Notes: generated by a model not told the origin, from the sequence alone. A stretch of DNA of 61,730 nucleotides from Candidatus Nomurabacteria bacterium (GCA_943353835.1 CALRBA010000003.1:1-61730), one strand, 5' to 3'; counted from the stretch's first letter, positions 27,885 through 37,823 are shown. Made by a program: numbers and translations.

Positions 27885-28115
27885 ATGTCATTCCAGAGTT
27901 TTCTTCTTAATCAATATGCCAAGTGGAAGATGAAGGACGTTCCCAAGGAACAGCGCGAGCAGATGACCGCGCTCGTAACTAAAGACCCTCAGCTTTTTAA
28001 AAAAATCGGCGAGGAGATTGAACGGCGTAAGAAAGGCGGAGAGAGCGAGATTAAGGCGTCTATGGAGGTGATGAAGAAATATCGTACGGAACTGTCTGCA
28101 CTTATGCAAAAATAA
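27885..28115 (+). CDS. Small conserved hypothetical protein
   Basis: Basic helical ORF; TGGTATAAT ends 7 nt before the ATG. Confidence 0.8.
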   Translation: MSFQSFLLNQYAKWKMKDVPKEQREQMTALVTKDPQLFKKIGEEIERRKKGGESEIKASMEVMKKYRTELSALMQK

Positions 28116-28120
28116 ATAAT

Positions 28121-28678
28121 ATGGATACACTCGTTTCACTTCTCGTATTCTTTCAGGCGCTCGGCGCGTCTGTGGGCGCGTTACTATCTATCTGGAGCGA
28201 GTTCGTATATATCCGAGCCATGCGCGACGGACGGATTGATGTCGCAGAAACAGCTCATATGAAGATAATGGCGAATGGTCTTCGTTTCGGCATGACTATT
28301 ATGCTACTCGCTTCTCTCGGTCTCGTGATTGTCTCTTATGTATTACGCGATACTCTTCAGCCGACGCTCTCCGCCGGTTACTGGATATTCATCATGTTCG
28401 CACTTCTGATTATCAGTATTTCCTGGGCACTCTCACGAAGACGAATCTCCTTTGCTCTTGGTTCAGCAACGGTCTTTACCGCATGGTGGTTTCTCGCGTA
28501 TCTCACTCTCGGTTGGCTCTATCCGCTCTCATTCGGCTCCGCTGTCGCATTTCTAATCGTCGCTACTGCAGTCATATATGCCATCCTTCATTACGCCAGA
28601 ATGCTCGCCGTGCATACTCGCATCAACTCTCGACAGAGTGACGATGCGTCAGATGGTGCATCGCTTGCGCAGAAGTAG
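28121..28678 (+). CDS. Hypothetical integral membrane protein (about 5 TM)
   Basis: Hydrophobic ORF in operon context. Confidence 0.8.
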   Translation: MDTLVSLLVFFQALGASVGALLSIWSEFVYIRAMRDGRIDVAETAHMKIMANGLRFGMTIMLLASLGLVIVSYVLRDTLQPTLSAGYWIFIMFALLIISISWALSRRRISFALGSATVFTAWWFLAYLTLGWLYPLSFGSAVAFLIVATAVIYAILHYARMLAVHTRINSRQSDDASDGASLAQK

Positions 28679-28699
28679 AACTAACCATAATGTGCTTGT

Positions 28700-29797
28700 A
28701 TGTTGAAGATAGGCATTGTCGGATTACCGAACGTGGGGAAGTCCACGCTTTTTAATGCGCTTACCAAGGCGTCTGTGCCGGCGGAGAATTATCCATTCTG
28801 CACCATTGACCCATCTGTCGGGATAGTCGGCGTGCCTGACACTAGACTCCAGAAACTATCAGAGCTTCAGAAGTCAGAAAGAACGATTCCAGCGGCGATA
28901 GAGTTCGTGGATATTGCGGGACTGGTGAAGGGCGCCGCAGAGGGTGAAGGATTAGGCAATCAGTTTTTGGCGAATATTAGAGAAACAGATGCGATTCTCC
29001 AAGTCGTGAGATTTTTTGACGACACGAACATCGTGCATGTTGATAATGAGGTTGAGCCGTATAAAGATATTGAAGTCATCAATCTTGAACTCGTCCTCGC
29101 CGATGCCGAGCAGGTGAGGAAACGTCGCGACAAGATTGTAGGGGAAGTGCGTTCCGGCGACAAGAAATTTATCGCTGAGGACGCAGCGCTCGCAAAAGTG
29201 GAACAAGCCTTTTCACAAGGCAAATTCGCGCTTCACTCCGGACTCGTTGACGATGAAAAGAAAAGTATCTCGCATTTGAATCTCCTCACGATGAAGCCGA
29301 TTCTGTATGCATTAAATAAAAAAAGTGGCGGACATAATTTAGACGAGCTTGCGGACGGGCGCGCGGAGCGCGCGTATGAATTAATAAAGTCACTCGGCTC
29401 GCGCTATGTGATGGTAGACGCCGCGACGGAGAGAGAGTTGAATGATGTTGCGGACACTGACCGACAAAGCTTCCGACAAGAACTTGGTGTGAATGAAGAT
29501 GGTTTGACCGGACTGATACGAGGCGCATACGACATTCTCAATTTAATTTCATTTTTTACAACAGGTGAGGACGAGACGCGCGCGTGGACCATTCCACGCG
29601 GGAGCGCGGCGCCCGCTGCGGGCGCCGCCATCCATCAGGATTTTGAGGATAAATTCATTCGCGCCGAAGTCGTCTCCACCGACGACCTTCTCTCTACCGG
29701 CTCGTGGGCCGTAGCGCGCGAAAGCGCCAAGCTCGCGACCTGTGGCAAGGACTACATCGTCAAAGACGGCGATGTGCTAGTATTTCTACATGGATAA
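28700..29797 (+). CDS. ychF: Ribosome-binding ATPase YchF
   Basis: GIVGLPNVGKSTLFNALT, NYPFCTIDP, DIAGLVKGA, TGS domain. Confidence 0.97.
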   Translation: MLKIGIVGLPNVGKSTLFNALTKASVPAENYPFCTIDPSVGIVGVPDTRLQKLSELQKSERTIPAAIEFVDIAGLVKGAAEGEGLGNQFLANIRETDAILQVVRFFDDTNIVHVDNEVEPYKDIEVINLELVLADAEQVRKRRDKIVGEVRSGDKKFIAEDAALAKVEQAFSQGKFALHSGLVDDEKKSISHLNLLTMKPILYALNKKSGGHNLDELADGRAERAYELIKSLGSRYVMVDAATERELNDVADTDRQSFRQELGVNEDGLTGLIRGAYDILNLISFFTTGEDETRAWTIPRGSAAPAAGAAIHQDFEDKFIRAEVVSTDDLLSTGSWAVARESAKLATCGKDYIVKDGDVLVFLHG

Positions 29798-30740
29798 ACC
29801 TAAAACAACAGCGAAGGATTTCTTCTTGTGGGCGGGGGCGATGGTCGCGTTTTATTGGAGTGTGCTCGCGTTTATATTTCTAATCTTTGATTATATAAAC
29901 TATACGTTCCCAAACCCACTTGGTTATTATACTACCGACCCGTACCAGAGCGGTATCAGCTACGGGATGGCTTCAATCATCGTTCTCTTGCCAATCTTCA
30001 TGTTCCTTATGCGACTCATACGGGCAGACATAGTTAAAGACTCTTCGCGCAAGGAGATTTGGGTGCGTCGCTGGGTTCTGATTCTAACCCTCTTCATCGC
30101 CGGCGTCACCATCGCCGTTGACTTGATTATCCTTCTCACTACCTTCCTTAACGGAGAAGCTCTCACGACAGGATTCTTACTCAAAGTACTCGTCATCTTC
30201 CTCGTTGCAGCGGGAGTGTTTATGCATTTTATCGCAGACTTGAAGGGGTATTGGGACTTGTGGCCACTCCGCAAGAGCTATGTAGGCATCGGTGTAACAA
30301 TTCTCGCAATCGTGACAATAGTCGCCGGTTTCTTCATCGTCGGCACGCCAGAGCAGGCGCGCCTACAGCGCTTTGACGCGCAGAAGGTGAGCGATTTGCA
30401 GAACATACAATCGCAGGTCGTGTATTACTGGCAGGCGAAGCAGGTATTGCCGAGCGCGATGAATGACCTCAATAATTCTCTCAACTACGGTTCTGTTCCG
30501 ATTGACTCTCAAACTGGAGAGCCGTATGTCTATCAGGCTACAGGAGAGCTCTCGTTCAAGCTTTGCGCAGCGTTTAACGCAGAGAGTCGCGCGAGTCAGA
30601 ATGTATATTATGAATCTCGTGCAACGATGCCTGTGCCGACAGGAGGTAAAGAAATGATGCAGGACAATTGGCAACACGGCATGGGTCAAGTGTGCTTTGA
30701 CCGCACGATTGACCCCAGCTTCTACCCGCCACTCAAATAA
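29790..30740 (+). CDS. Membrane protein (DUF5671-like)
   Basis: Five TM helices followed by a soluble domain with pilin-like RFDAQKVSDLQNI and YVYQ..FKLCAAF. Confidence 0.7.
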   Translation: MDKPKTTAKDFFLWAGAMVAFYWSVLAFIFLIFDYINYTFPNPLGYYTTDPYQSGISYGMASIIVLLPIFMFLMRLIRADIVKDSSRKEIWVRRWVLILTLFIAGVTIAVDLIILLTTFLNGEALTTGFLLKVLVIFLVAAGVFMHFIADLKGYWDLWPLRKSYVGIGVTILAIVTIVAGFFIVGTPEQARLQRFDAQKVSDLQNIQSQVVYYWQAKQVLPSAMNDLNNSLNYGSVPIDSQTGEPYVYQATGELSFKLCAAFNAESRASQNVYYESRATMPVPTGGKEMMQDNWQHGMGQVCFDRTIDPSFYPPLK

Positions 30741-30742
30741 GG

Positions 30743-33076
30743 ATGGCATACGACCATAAAGAAATTGAAAAAAAAGCGAGAGAGAAATGGTCCGGTCTTG
30801 ACCTCTATCACTCTGACTTAACCGACGACACGAGAGAGCTCTATTATCTGCTCGTAGAATTTCCGTATCCCTCGGGCGACCTGCATATAGGTCATTGGTA
30901 TGCATTCGCAGTAACTGACATCTATGCGCGTCTCTTGCGCATGCGCGGAAAGAACGTACTTTTCCCGATTGGCTTTGACGCCTTCGGCCTGCCCGCCGAG
31001 AATGCGGCTATTAAGCACGGTGTGAATCCGAAAGAATGGACGTATGAGAACATGGCGCGTATGCGCGAACAACTCGCGACAATGGGCTCCTCGTTTGATT
31101 GGAGTAAAGAGGTGGTAACCTGCGAACCGAGCTACTACCAGTGGACGCAATGGCTCTTTACTAAACTATTTGAACACAATCTCGCCGAGCGGCGCCTCGC
31201 GGCGGTGAAGTGGTGCCCCAAAGATCAGACCGTGCTCGCGAACGAACAGGTGGTGGACGGCGCCTGTGAGCGATGCGGAACATCTGTAGAAGAGAAGCAT
31301 CTCACACAGTGGTTTTTGAAGATTACCAGTTACGCCGAGCGCCTTCTCACCGGCTTGGACACATTGTCGTGGCGCGAAGAGATTAAGGACGCGCAGAGAG
31401 CGTGGATAGGGAAGTCGGAGGGAGCGAAACTGAAATTCAGTTTGCAGTTTACAGGTGGCAGTGAACAGGAGGAACTGCAAACTGTAAGTAGCAACCTGCA
31501 AGCTGTTGAGGTTTTCACCACGCGACCAGACACAGTGTTCGGCGCGACCTACGTCGTGCTCGCGCCAGAACATCCGCTCGTTTTGTCACTGATGAAAAAA
31601 GTTTTAAATAAAAAAGACGTTAAAAAATATGTAAGCGCGACAGCCAAAAAAACAGAGAGAGAGCGGAGCGAGAATAAAGAGAAGACCGGAGTAAAGATGG
31701 AGGGCGTTTCTGCGATTAATCCGGCGACAAAAGAAGAAATCCCAATTTACGTCGCCGACTATGTGCTCGGCTCCTACGGCACAGGCGCGGTGATGGCCGT
31801 CCCCGCGCACGACGAACGCGATTTTGAATTCGCTAAAAAATTCAATTTGCCGATATTAGAAACTGAATTTGCAGATTGGAACACTATCGCAGAAATTGGC
31901 GGTGTGAAAACGACGCAATACCGGATTCGCGATTGGCTCGTGAGCAGACAGAGATATTGGGGGTGCCCGATACCAATCGTGTATGACCCAGAGGGGAAGC
32001 CTCACGCAATTCCCGCCGAACACCTACCGTGGCTCCTGCCGACTGATGTGGACTTCAAGCCGACCGGCAAGGCACCACTTGCTTCTTCAAAAGAATTGCA
32101 GGAACGCGTAACCAAGATTTTCGGCGAGGGTTGGACGCCGGAGTACGATACTCTTGATACATTCGTTGACTCATCATGGTACTTCTTGCGGTACTTTGAT
32201 TCTAAAAATGCGCATAATTTTTCTAATGCAGAATTGATGAAGAAATGGCTACCGATTAATCGCTATTCGGGTGGGAGCGAGCATACCACTATGCACCTGC
32301 TCTACGCGCGATTCTTTATAAAAGTGCTCTACGACCTAGCACTCGTGCCGGTAGATGAGCCGTTTACAGAGCGCTTTAACCGCGGAATAATCATGGGTCC
32401 CGACGGGGCTAAGATGAGTAAGTCCAAAGGAAATGTAGTAAATCCAGATGAATTCGTTCTGAAGTATGGCGCAGACGCTGTGAGAATCTATCTCGCCTTC
32501 ATCGGCCCCTATAACGAGCCGAGGAGCTACCCGTGGAGTCTGGAAGGCGTCGCCTCGATGCGTAAGTTCCTTGACCGCGTCTCCCGTCTCGTGGAGAAAG
32601 CGGATTCAAAAGCGGTTTCTGATTCTTTAAATCAGGCGTTCGCGCGAACGAGTCAGAAAATTTCTGAAGACGGCAATAGGTTTAAATTCAATACCAGCGT
32701 TGCGGCGCTCATGATTCTCGTAAATGAACTGGAGGCGCTTGAGACGGTTCCGAAATCTGCGCTCACACAGCTCGTTATCATGCTCGCGCCGTTTGCTCCG
32801 CATCTCGCCGAACATCTCTGGGAAAAATTGGGAGAGGAGGGGAGTGTACACCAACAGTTATGGCCAGTCGCATCAATAATTACTGCGAGCGAGAATGAGG
32901 TTGTTGTGCAGGTAAACGGCAAGCGTCGCGGTTCGATTACACTCACCGTAAATGGCTCCGAGTCTGACGCGCTCACTGCTGCCCAAGTAATTCCAGCAGT
33001 GGTGGCCGCGCTGGCCGGGAAAGAGCCAAAACGCGTTGTGTATGTACCTGGCAAGATTATAAACCTTGTGGTATAA
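30743..33076 (+). CDS. leuS: Leucine--tRNA ligase
   Basis: FPYPSGDLHIGH, GTGAVMAVPAHD editing domain, SRQRYWG, KMSKS. Confidence 0.98.
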   Translation: MAYDHKEIEKKAREKWSGLDLYHSDLTDDTRELYYLLVEFPYPSGDLHIGHWYAFAVTDIYARLLRMRGKNVLFPIGFDAFGLPAENAAIKHGVNPKEWTYENMARMREQLATMGSSFDWSKEVVTCEPSYYQWTQWLFTKLFEHNLAERRLAAVKWCPKDQTVLANEQVVDGACERCGTSVEEKHLTQWFLKITSYAERLLTGLDTLSWREEIKDAQRAWIGKSEGAKLKFSLQFTGGSEQEELQTVSSNLQAVEVFTTRPDTVFGATYVVLAPEHPLVLSLMKKVLNKKDVKKYVSATAKKTERERSENKEKTGVKMEGVSAINPATKEEIPIYVADYVLGSYGTGAVMAVPAHDERDFEFAKKFNLPILETEFADWNTIAEIGGVKTTQYRIRDWLVSRQRYWGCPIPIVYDPEGKPHAIPAEHLPWLLPTDVDFKPTGKAPLASSKELQERVTKIFGEGWTPEYDTLDTFVDSSWYFLRYFDSKNAHNFSNAELMKKWLPINRYSGGSEHTTMHLLYARFFIKVLYDLALVPVDEPFTERFNRGIIMGPDGAKMSKSKGNVVNPDEFVLKYGADAVRIYLAFIGPYNEPRSYPWSLEGVASMRKFLDRVSRLVEKADSKAVSDSLNQAFARTSQKISEDGNRFKFNTSVAALMILVNELEALETVPKSALTQLVIMLAPFAPHLAEHLWEKLGEEGSVHQQLWPVASIITASENEVVVQVNGKRRGSITLTVNGSESDALTAAQVIPAVVAALAGKEPKRVVYVPGKIINLVV
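31438..31505. repeat. Inverted heptamer arrays in frame in leuS
   Basis: cagtttg-cagttta-caggtgg-cagt ... actgcaa-actgtaa-gtagcaa-cctgcaa-gctg. Confidence 0.7.
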
Positions 33077-33133
33077 TTCCGACAATCGTGCGTGGGGTTG
33101 ACTTATTATAAGGCATACTGTAAATTACATCAC

Positions 33134-34210
33134 ATGAATAAGGGCATACATGCGAAGAAGAGTGGCAAGGTGGGTAGTAAATCCGCCACATTTTCATTTG
33201 ATAGCGCAATGCTTGTGAAAAAACTTCTTTCTGCAGCGTCGGAGCGCGCCCGCGAAGTACTCGTACGCCGTTTTGGTTTGGGCACCAACACCGAGCGCGA
33301 GACGCTTGAATCTATCGGCGACCGAACCAGTATCACGCGCGAGCGCGTTCGCCAAATTGAGGCTGCCGGTCTTGATGCTGTTAGAGTGAGTAAAGCGTTT
33401 AAGGATTCCATCGGAGCATTTGAAGAAATCACACAGTATATACATTCTATCGGCGCCATCGTGCCTGAAGAGACTCTTCTTTCAGCACTCGGCAAGGATG
33501 AAAAGAGCCGTAACCGTTTCCGTTTTTTCCTCGTAGTTAATTCCGCATTTTTCCGCGAACGCGAGACGAACGACTTTCTAGCACGCTGGCACGTTGACCA
33601 CGCGACCGCTAAGCATATTCACGATGCGCTTTCAAAACTCTATTCGTCTCTTTCTGACGACGATGTGATGTCCGAGGGAGCACTTCTTGACCGTTTTCTT
33701 GACGAACTTAAGGAGGTGAACGACTCGTATAAGAATGATGAGGTGTTGAAACGCTGGCTATCGCTTTCTAAACACATCGGTAGTAATCCGCTTGCCGAGT
33801 GGGGTCGTGCCACGGCGCCGGCCATCCGTATCAAAGGCGTTCGCGACTATGCGTATCTCGCCATAAAACGTCACGGGGAACCGATGCACTTCTCCGAAGT
33901 GGCTTCGACGATTGGTTCTCTCTTCTCTAAGAAGGCGCACATTGCCACAACGCACAACGAACTCATTAAGGACCCTCGCTTCGTGCTCGTCGGGCGCGGT
34001 ATCTACGCGCTTACCGAATGGGGCTATACGCCGGGAGTCGTACGCGATGTTATCCGCGAGACACTTGAGAAAACAGGTCCTCTGAAGAAGGATGAAATCA
34101 TACAACACGTTAAGAAGGCGCGTTTCGTCAAGGACAATACCATTCTTGTGAATCTGAACGACTCACGTTACTTCAAACGAATGAAAGACGGGCGGTACGC
34201 AGCTGTTTAA
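33134..34210 (+). CDS. Sigma-70 region 4 plus winged-helix (HARE-HTH-like) protein
   Basis: RRFGL..ETLESIG..ITRERVRQIE; C-terminal PMHF.EV, HNELIKDPRFVLVGRGIYALTEWG. Confidence 0.8.
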   Translation: MNKGIHAKKSGKVGSKSATFSFDSAMLVKKLLSAASERAREVLVRRFGLGTNTERETLESIGDRTSITRERVRQIEAAGLDAVRVSKAFKDSIGAFEEITQYIHSIGAIVPEETLLSALGKDEKSRNRFRFFLVVNSAFFRERETNDFLARWHVDHATAKHIHDALSKLYSSLSDDDVMSEGALLDRFLDELKEVNDSYKNDEVLKRWLSLSKHIGSNPLAEWGRATAPAIRIKGVRDYAYLAIKRHGEPMHFSEVASTIGSLFSKKAHIATTHNELIKDPRFVLVGRGIYALTEWGYTPGVVRDVIRETLEKTGPLKKDEIIQHVKKARFVKDNTILVNLNDSRYFKRMKDGRYAAV

Positions 34211-34219
34211 ACACACTAT

Positions 34220-34259
34220 AAACAATCCGCATCCGCCGATAGGCGGATGCGGATTGTTT
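34220..34259. terminator. Hairpin/terminator containing a TCCGCC-N4-GGCGGA core
   Basis: aaacaatccgcatccgcc-gata-ggcggatgcggattgttt, 18-bp stem. Confidence 0.8.
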
Positions 34260-34278
34260 TCTTGCTATACTGAAACTG

Positions 34279-35643
34279 ATGATACCGTTTATGAAGGCAG
34301 TTGAGGCTCTGCGTAAATCGTTTACAGGCAAGACTGGTGTCAGACTTGAACCGTGGCCTCTGTTCGTTTTCGGATTGGTAATACTCTTTATGGCATATAT
34401 CTTTATGCCAAAAATTGTTTCGTTGGCTTTCTCAATATCTCTGTTTCTCGCACCGCTTTGGTTGCCGTTCCTTCTCGTCGGCGGCGCTAAAGCGCTTTGG
34501 CTTACATTAAAACGAAGTGAATTTATCGCTTCAAGAAATAACGTTCTCCTAGAGATTAAGCCACCGCGCAATCTGGTGAAGACACCCCTCGCGATGGAGG
34601 CATTTATTTCCAGCATCCATTTATCTCCGTTAGAGAGCAATTGGTATGCGGTTTGGATTAAAGGAGGTGTTCGCCCATGGTGGTCGCTGGAAATCGCGTC
34701 TTTTGAAGGGAGGGTGCACTTCTTCATCTGGACACAGGCGAATTATCGCCGAATCGTAGAATCGCAGATGTATGCGCAATATCCAGGTGTGCAGATAGTT
34801 GAAGCTCCTGATTATACGAAATTGATTAGTGCAGACCCGGAAGAGTGGAGTGTCTGGGGAACTGATTTTAAACAGTCCAACGAAGACCCTCTACCGATTA
34901 AGACATATATAGAATACGGGATGGACAAGGTGCAGAAGGAGCCTGAACAGGTAGACCCTCTCGCGAATCTCATTGAATTTATGGGCTCAATAGGGAAGGG
35001 TGAGTATCTCTGGCTCCAATACGTTATTAGAGTTCATAAAGGAGAGAAATATCATAAGACTAATAAAAAAGGTAAAGCATATACATGGAAGGATCAAGCT
35101 GAAGAGCTTGTAGATGAGATTCGTAAGAAGACGCGCGACTCTTATATAGACCCCATATCTGGCGAAGAGCGACCCGGATTCCCGAATCCGACTAAGGGTC
35201 AATCGGAGAAAATTGCCGCTATTGAACGTAATGTGTCCAAACTCGCCTTTGACGTCGGAGCGCGTTCAATCTATATAGCGAAACCTGACAAATTCAATCC
35301 TGTGATGATTACCCACATGATTAGTCTCTTTAAGCCCTTTAATACAGTCGGATGGAACGATATCAACTCAAGTGACTGGCTGAAACGGTTTGACGATTAT
35401 CCTTGGGAAGTAGGTGCGGCTAAAATGAAAAAGCATTATTCGCGCAAGCTTGTAGAGGCGTTCCGTCGCAGACAGTTTTTCCACGACCCGTTTTATTACG
35501 GGGTTTCTAAAGACGAAATAATGGTGATGAGTACAGAAGAAATCGCGACCATCTTCCATATCCCGTCAAGTTCTGTCGGGACACCTGGGCTAGAACGCAT
35601 TCAATCTGCGACAGGCGAAGCTCCTTCCAATCTGCCTACATAA
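34279..35643 (+). CDS. Membrane-anchored protein homologous to the N-terminal half of the VirD4-like ATPase
   Basis: Shared blocks LEI..P, ME, SLEIA, Q..AQYP....DY, DPL, E.AT.FH.P; no Walker motifs. Confidence 0.75.
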   Translation: MIPFMKAVEALRKSFTGKTGVRLEPWPLFVFGLVILFMAYIFMPKIVSLAFSISLFLAPLWLPFLLVGGAKALWLTLKRSEFIASRNNVLLEIKPPRNLVKTPLAMEAFISSIHLSPLESNWYAVWIKGGVRPWWSLEIASFEGRVHFFIWTQANYRRIVESQMYAQYPGVQIVEAPDYTKLISADPEEWSVWGTDFKQSNEDPLPIKTYIEYGMDKVQKEPEQVDPLANLIEFMGSIGKGEYLWLQYVIRVHKGEKYHKTNKKGKAYTWKDQAEELVDEIRKKTRDSYIDPISGEERPGFPNPTKGQSEKIAAIERNVSKLAFDVGARSIYIAKPDKFNPVMITHMISLFKPFNTVGWNDINSSDWLKRFDDYPWEVGAAKMKKHYSRKLVEAFRRRQFFHDPFYYGVSKDEIMVMSTEEIATIFHIPSSSVGTPGLERIQSATGEAPSNLPT

Positions 35644-35647
35644 CCGT

Positions 35648-36616
35648 ATGGATCCCGTTAGAAATTTTTGCAAACTTTATGTGTGGTGGTTCTGTTCATT
35701 CACCGTCGCCGTAGTCCTCGTCGGCGGTTATACGTTACTGTTCGCATCGCCGTCAGACTTTCCTTCAGGGAGCATTGTAGTCATTGTTCGCGGAGCGTCA
35801 GTGTCTGACATATCTAAACAATTATCAGACGCGAATATAATTAAGCACCAATCAGTCTTGAATTTAATACTACGAATTTCCGGAGCGAGTTCTAACGTGA
35901 AGTCCGGCGGATATCTTTTTAAAAATCCGGAAAATGTATTTACAATTGCAAATCGGCTAGCCACTGGCGCGTACGGTCTCCCTCCGGTTCGTATCACATT
36001 TCCGGAAGGCATAACGGTGCGCGACATAGCAGAAAAAATTGTTGAGACACTACCTCTCATATCCGAATCAGATTTTATTTCGCTTGGTAAATCGTATGAG
36101 GGATATCTATTTCCTGACACGTATCTTTTCCCGCCGGACGCGACGGCTCAGTCTGTAATTGACACGATGCGCGCTAACTTTGATTTAAAAATTGTCCCGT
36201 TATTGAGCGAGATTAAAGCCTCCGGACACTCAATTGCAGACATTGTCATTATTGCATCTCTAGTAGAAAAAGAAGCGCGAACGATTGAAAGCAAGCGTAT
36301 TGTGGCAGGTATTTTATGGAACCGATTAAAACTCGGTATGCCACTTCAAGTAGATGCGGTGTTCGGCTACATTTTTAACCGCGACACATACTCGCCGTCA
36401 TATGAAGATTTAAAAGTCGCTTCACCATATAACACCTATCTCCACACCGGTCTTCCTCCCGGACCGATAGCTAATCCAGGGCTTGAGAGCATTCAAGCGG
36501 CACTGAACCCGACAAAAACAAATTATCTCTACTACCTAACTGGCAAAGATGATTTAATGCATTACGCCACCACCTACGCGGAGCATCAGACGAATCAGAG
36601 AAAATACCTAAAATAA
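35648..36616 (+). CDS. mltG: Endolytic transglycosylase MltG
   Basis: ITFPEG, YEGYLFPDTY, ASLVEKEA, MPLQVDA, SPYNTY..GLPPGPIANPG. Confidence 0.96.
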   Translation: MDPVRNFCKLYVWWFCSFTVAVVLVGGYTLLFASPSDFPSGSIVVIVRGASVSDISKQLSDANIIKHQSVLNLILRISGASSNVKSGGYLFKNPENVFTIANRLATGAYGLPPVRITFPEGITVRDIAEKIVETLPLISESDFISLGKSYEGYLFPDTYLFPPDATAQSVIDTMRANFDLKIVPLLSEIKASGHSIADIVIIASLVEKEARTIESKRIVAGILWNRLKLGMPLQVDAVFGYIFNRDTYSPSYEDLKVASPYNTYLHTGLPPGPIANPGLESIQAALNPTKTNYLYYLTGKDDLMHYATTYAEHQTNQRKYLK

Positions 36617-36634
36617 CTCTCTGCCGAGAGGGGC

Positions 36635-36665
36635 TTGACAGCGGGTCAAAAGGGTGTATTATAGT
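36635..36665 (+). promoter_or_regulatory. Sigma70-type promoter of the LysM gene
   Basis: TTGACA (36635-36640) followed by TATTAT/TATAGT (36657-36665). Confidence 0.55.
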
Positions 36666-36736
36666 AAATGGGAATTCGTGTCGGCATTGCCCGTGGGGGC
36701 GATGGATGCGAAGGCTCGTTGACAGAGGAGAACGGT

Positions 36737-37801
36737 ATGAGAACGATTGTACGTTTGGCAGTAATCCTGTTCGTGGTGGTGACTTCGGTTGCCTTCGGAG
36801 CGCAAGATATGCAGCAGAAGTACACGGTGCAGAAGGGAGATAACCTCTGGAACTTATCAGGGGATAGACTTCGTGATCCGTTGATGTGGCAGCAAGTAGT
36901 GAAGGACAACCCCTTCCTCGCACAGCCCGGACGCAAGTTCGAGCAGGACGGTAAGACGGTTGTCGTGATTCGCCCAGGCGAAAAGTTGGTTGGTCTCGAG
37001 AAGTTCGGGATCACACCGGCGTTGCCTGCACCGATAGACGCGTTACCAGTAGTAGACCTGAAAGGGTCTGAAACGGGGAACTCGTCATTGCCGTGGTCGA
37101 TCTGGGCAATTCTCGCAATTATTGCAGCGCTGACTGCATGGTGGCTACTTGAGCGAATGCTCAATAAGAGCGCGGCGACTGCGGGAACGCCAGTAGTCCC
37201 TGGGGGTGTGACTGAGCAAACGGCTCGGACACAATTTCAGGAAATGGCGGCGTTACGGCATCAGAGAGCGACCGGCACCTCGCTTCCCACGCAACAGTTC
37301 ATTGTGGTGGATCAAGTTGCGGGACGTATCTCCGGTGTCATGAACGTTCGCTACGCGGATGGTCGTGAAGTGCCACGTCGCCTAAAAGGCGAGCGTGCAT
37401 TCCGTGCGAATGTTCGCTTTCCGAACGGTACAGTGGAAACTCTGTATATGTTGCAGGCGTGTGGCAACGACCTGCGGTACGGCGGAATCAGCCGTTATCT
37501 GCCCGGACCGGAATTTCGGTTCGAGCCGGATGCCCAGCAAGCCACAGCATCGGTTGTACCCGCACCAGCGGCTACTGCAGCACCGGCGCCGGCGCTTGCT
37601 ATCGTTCCGGCAGCGGCACAAGAACCTGCGGCCGCAACACAGCAGGATGAGGCGACGTTCCGGTTTGAGTTCAAACCGGCAAACGACACCGAACCCGGTC
37701 TGGTGAGGGTCAAGGGCGCAAAGCCCAACTTCAATGTCAGTATGGCCAAAGACGGCACGGTGACATTGCGGTATCAGCCGATCGAAGCGTATCGTAAATA
37801 G
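36737..37801 (+). CDS. Signal peptide plus LysM domain plus TM helix protein
   Basis: SD GAGGAG, signal peptide, YTVQKGDNLWNLS..W..N; TM helix; Ala/Pro linker. Confidence 0.8.
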   Translation: MRTIVRLAVILFVVVTSVAFGAQDMQQKYTVQKGDNLWNLSGDRLRDPLMWQQVVKDNPFLAQPGRKFEQDGKTVVVIRPGEKLVGLEKFGITPALPAPIDALPVVDLKGSETGNSSLPWSIWAILAIIAALTAWWLLERMLNKSAATAGTPVVPGGVTEQTARTQFQEMAALRHQRATGTSLPTQQFIVVDQVAGRISGVMNVRYADGREVPRRLKGERAFRANVRFPNGTVETLYMLQACGNDLRYGGISRYLPGPEFRFEPDAQQATASVVPAPAATAAPAPALAIVPAAAQEPAAATQQDEATFRFEFKPANDTEPGLVRVKGAKPNFNVSMAKDGTVTLRYQPIEAYRK

Positions 37802-37823
37802 TACGCTTACGAGTAGTACCTTG

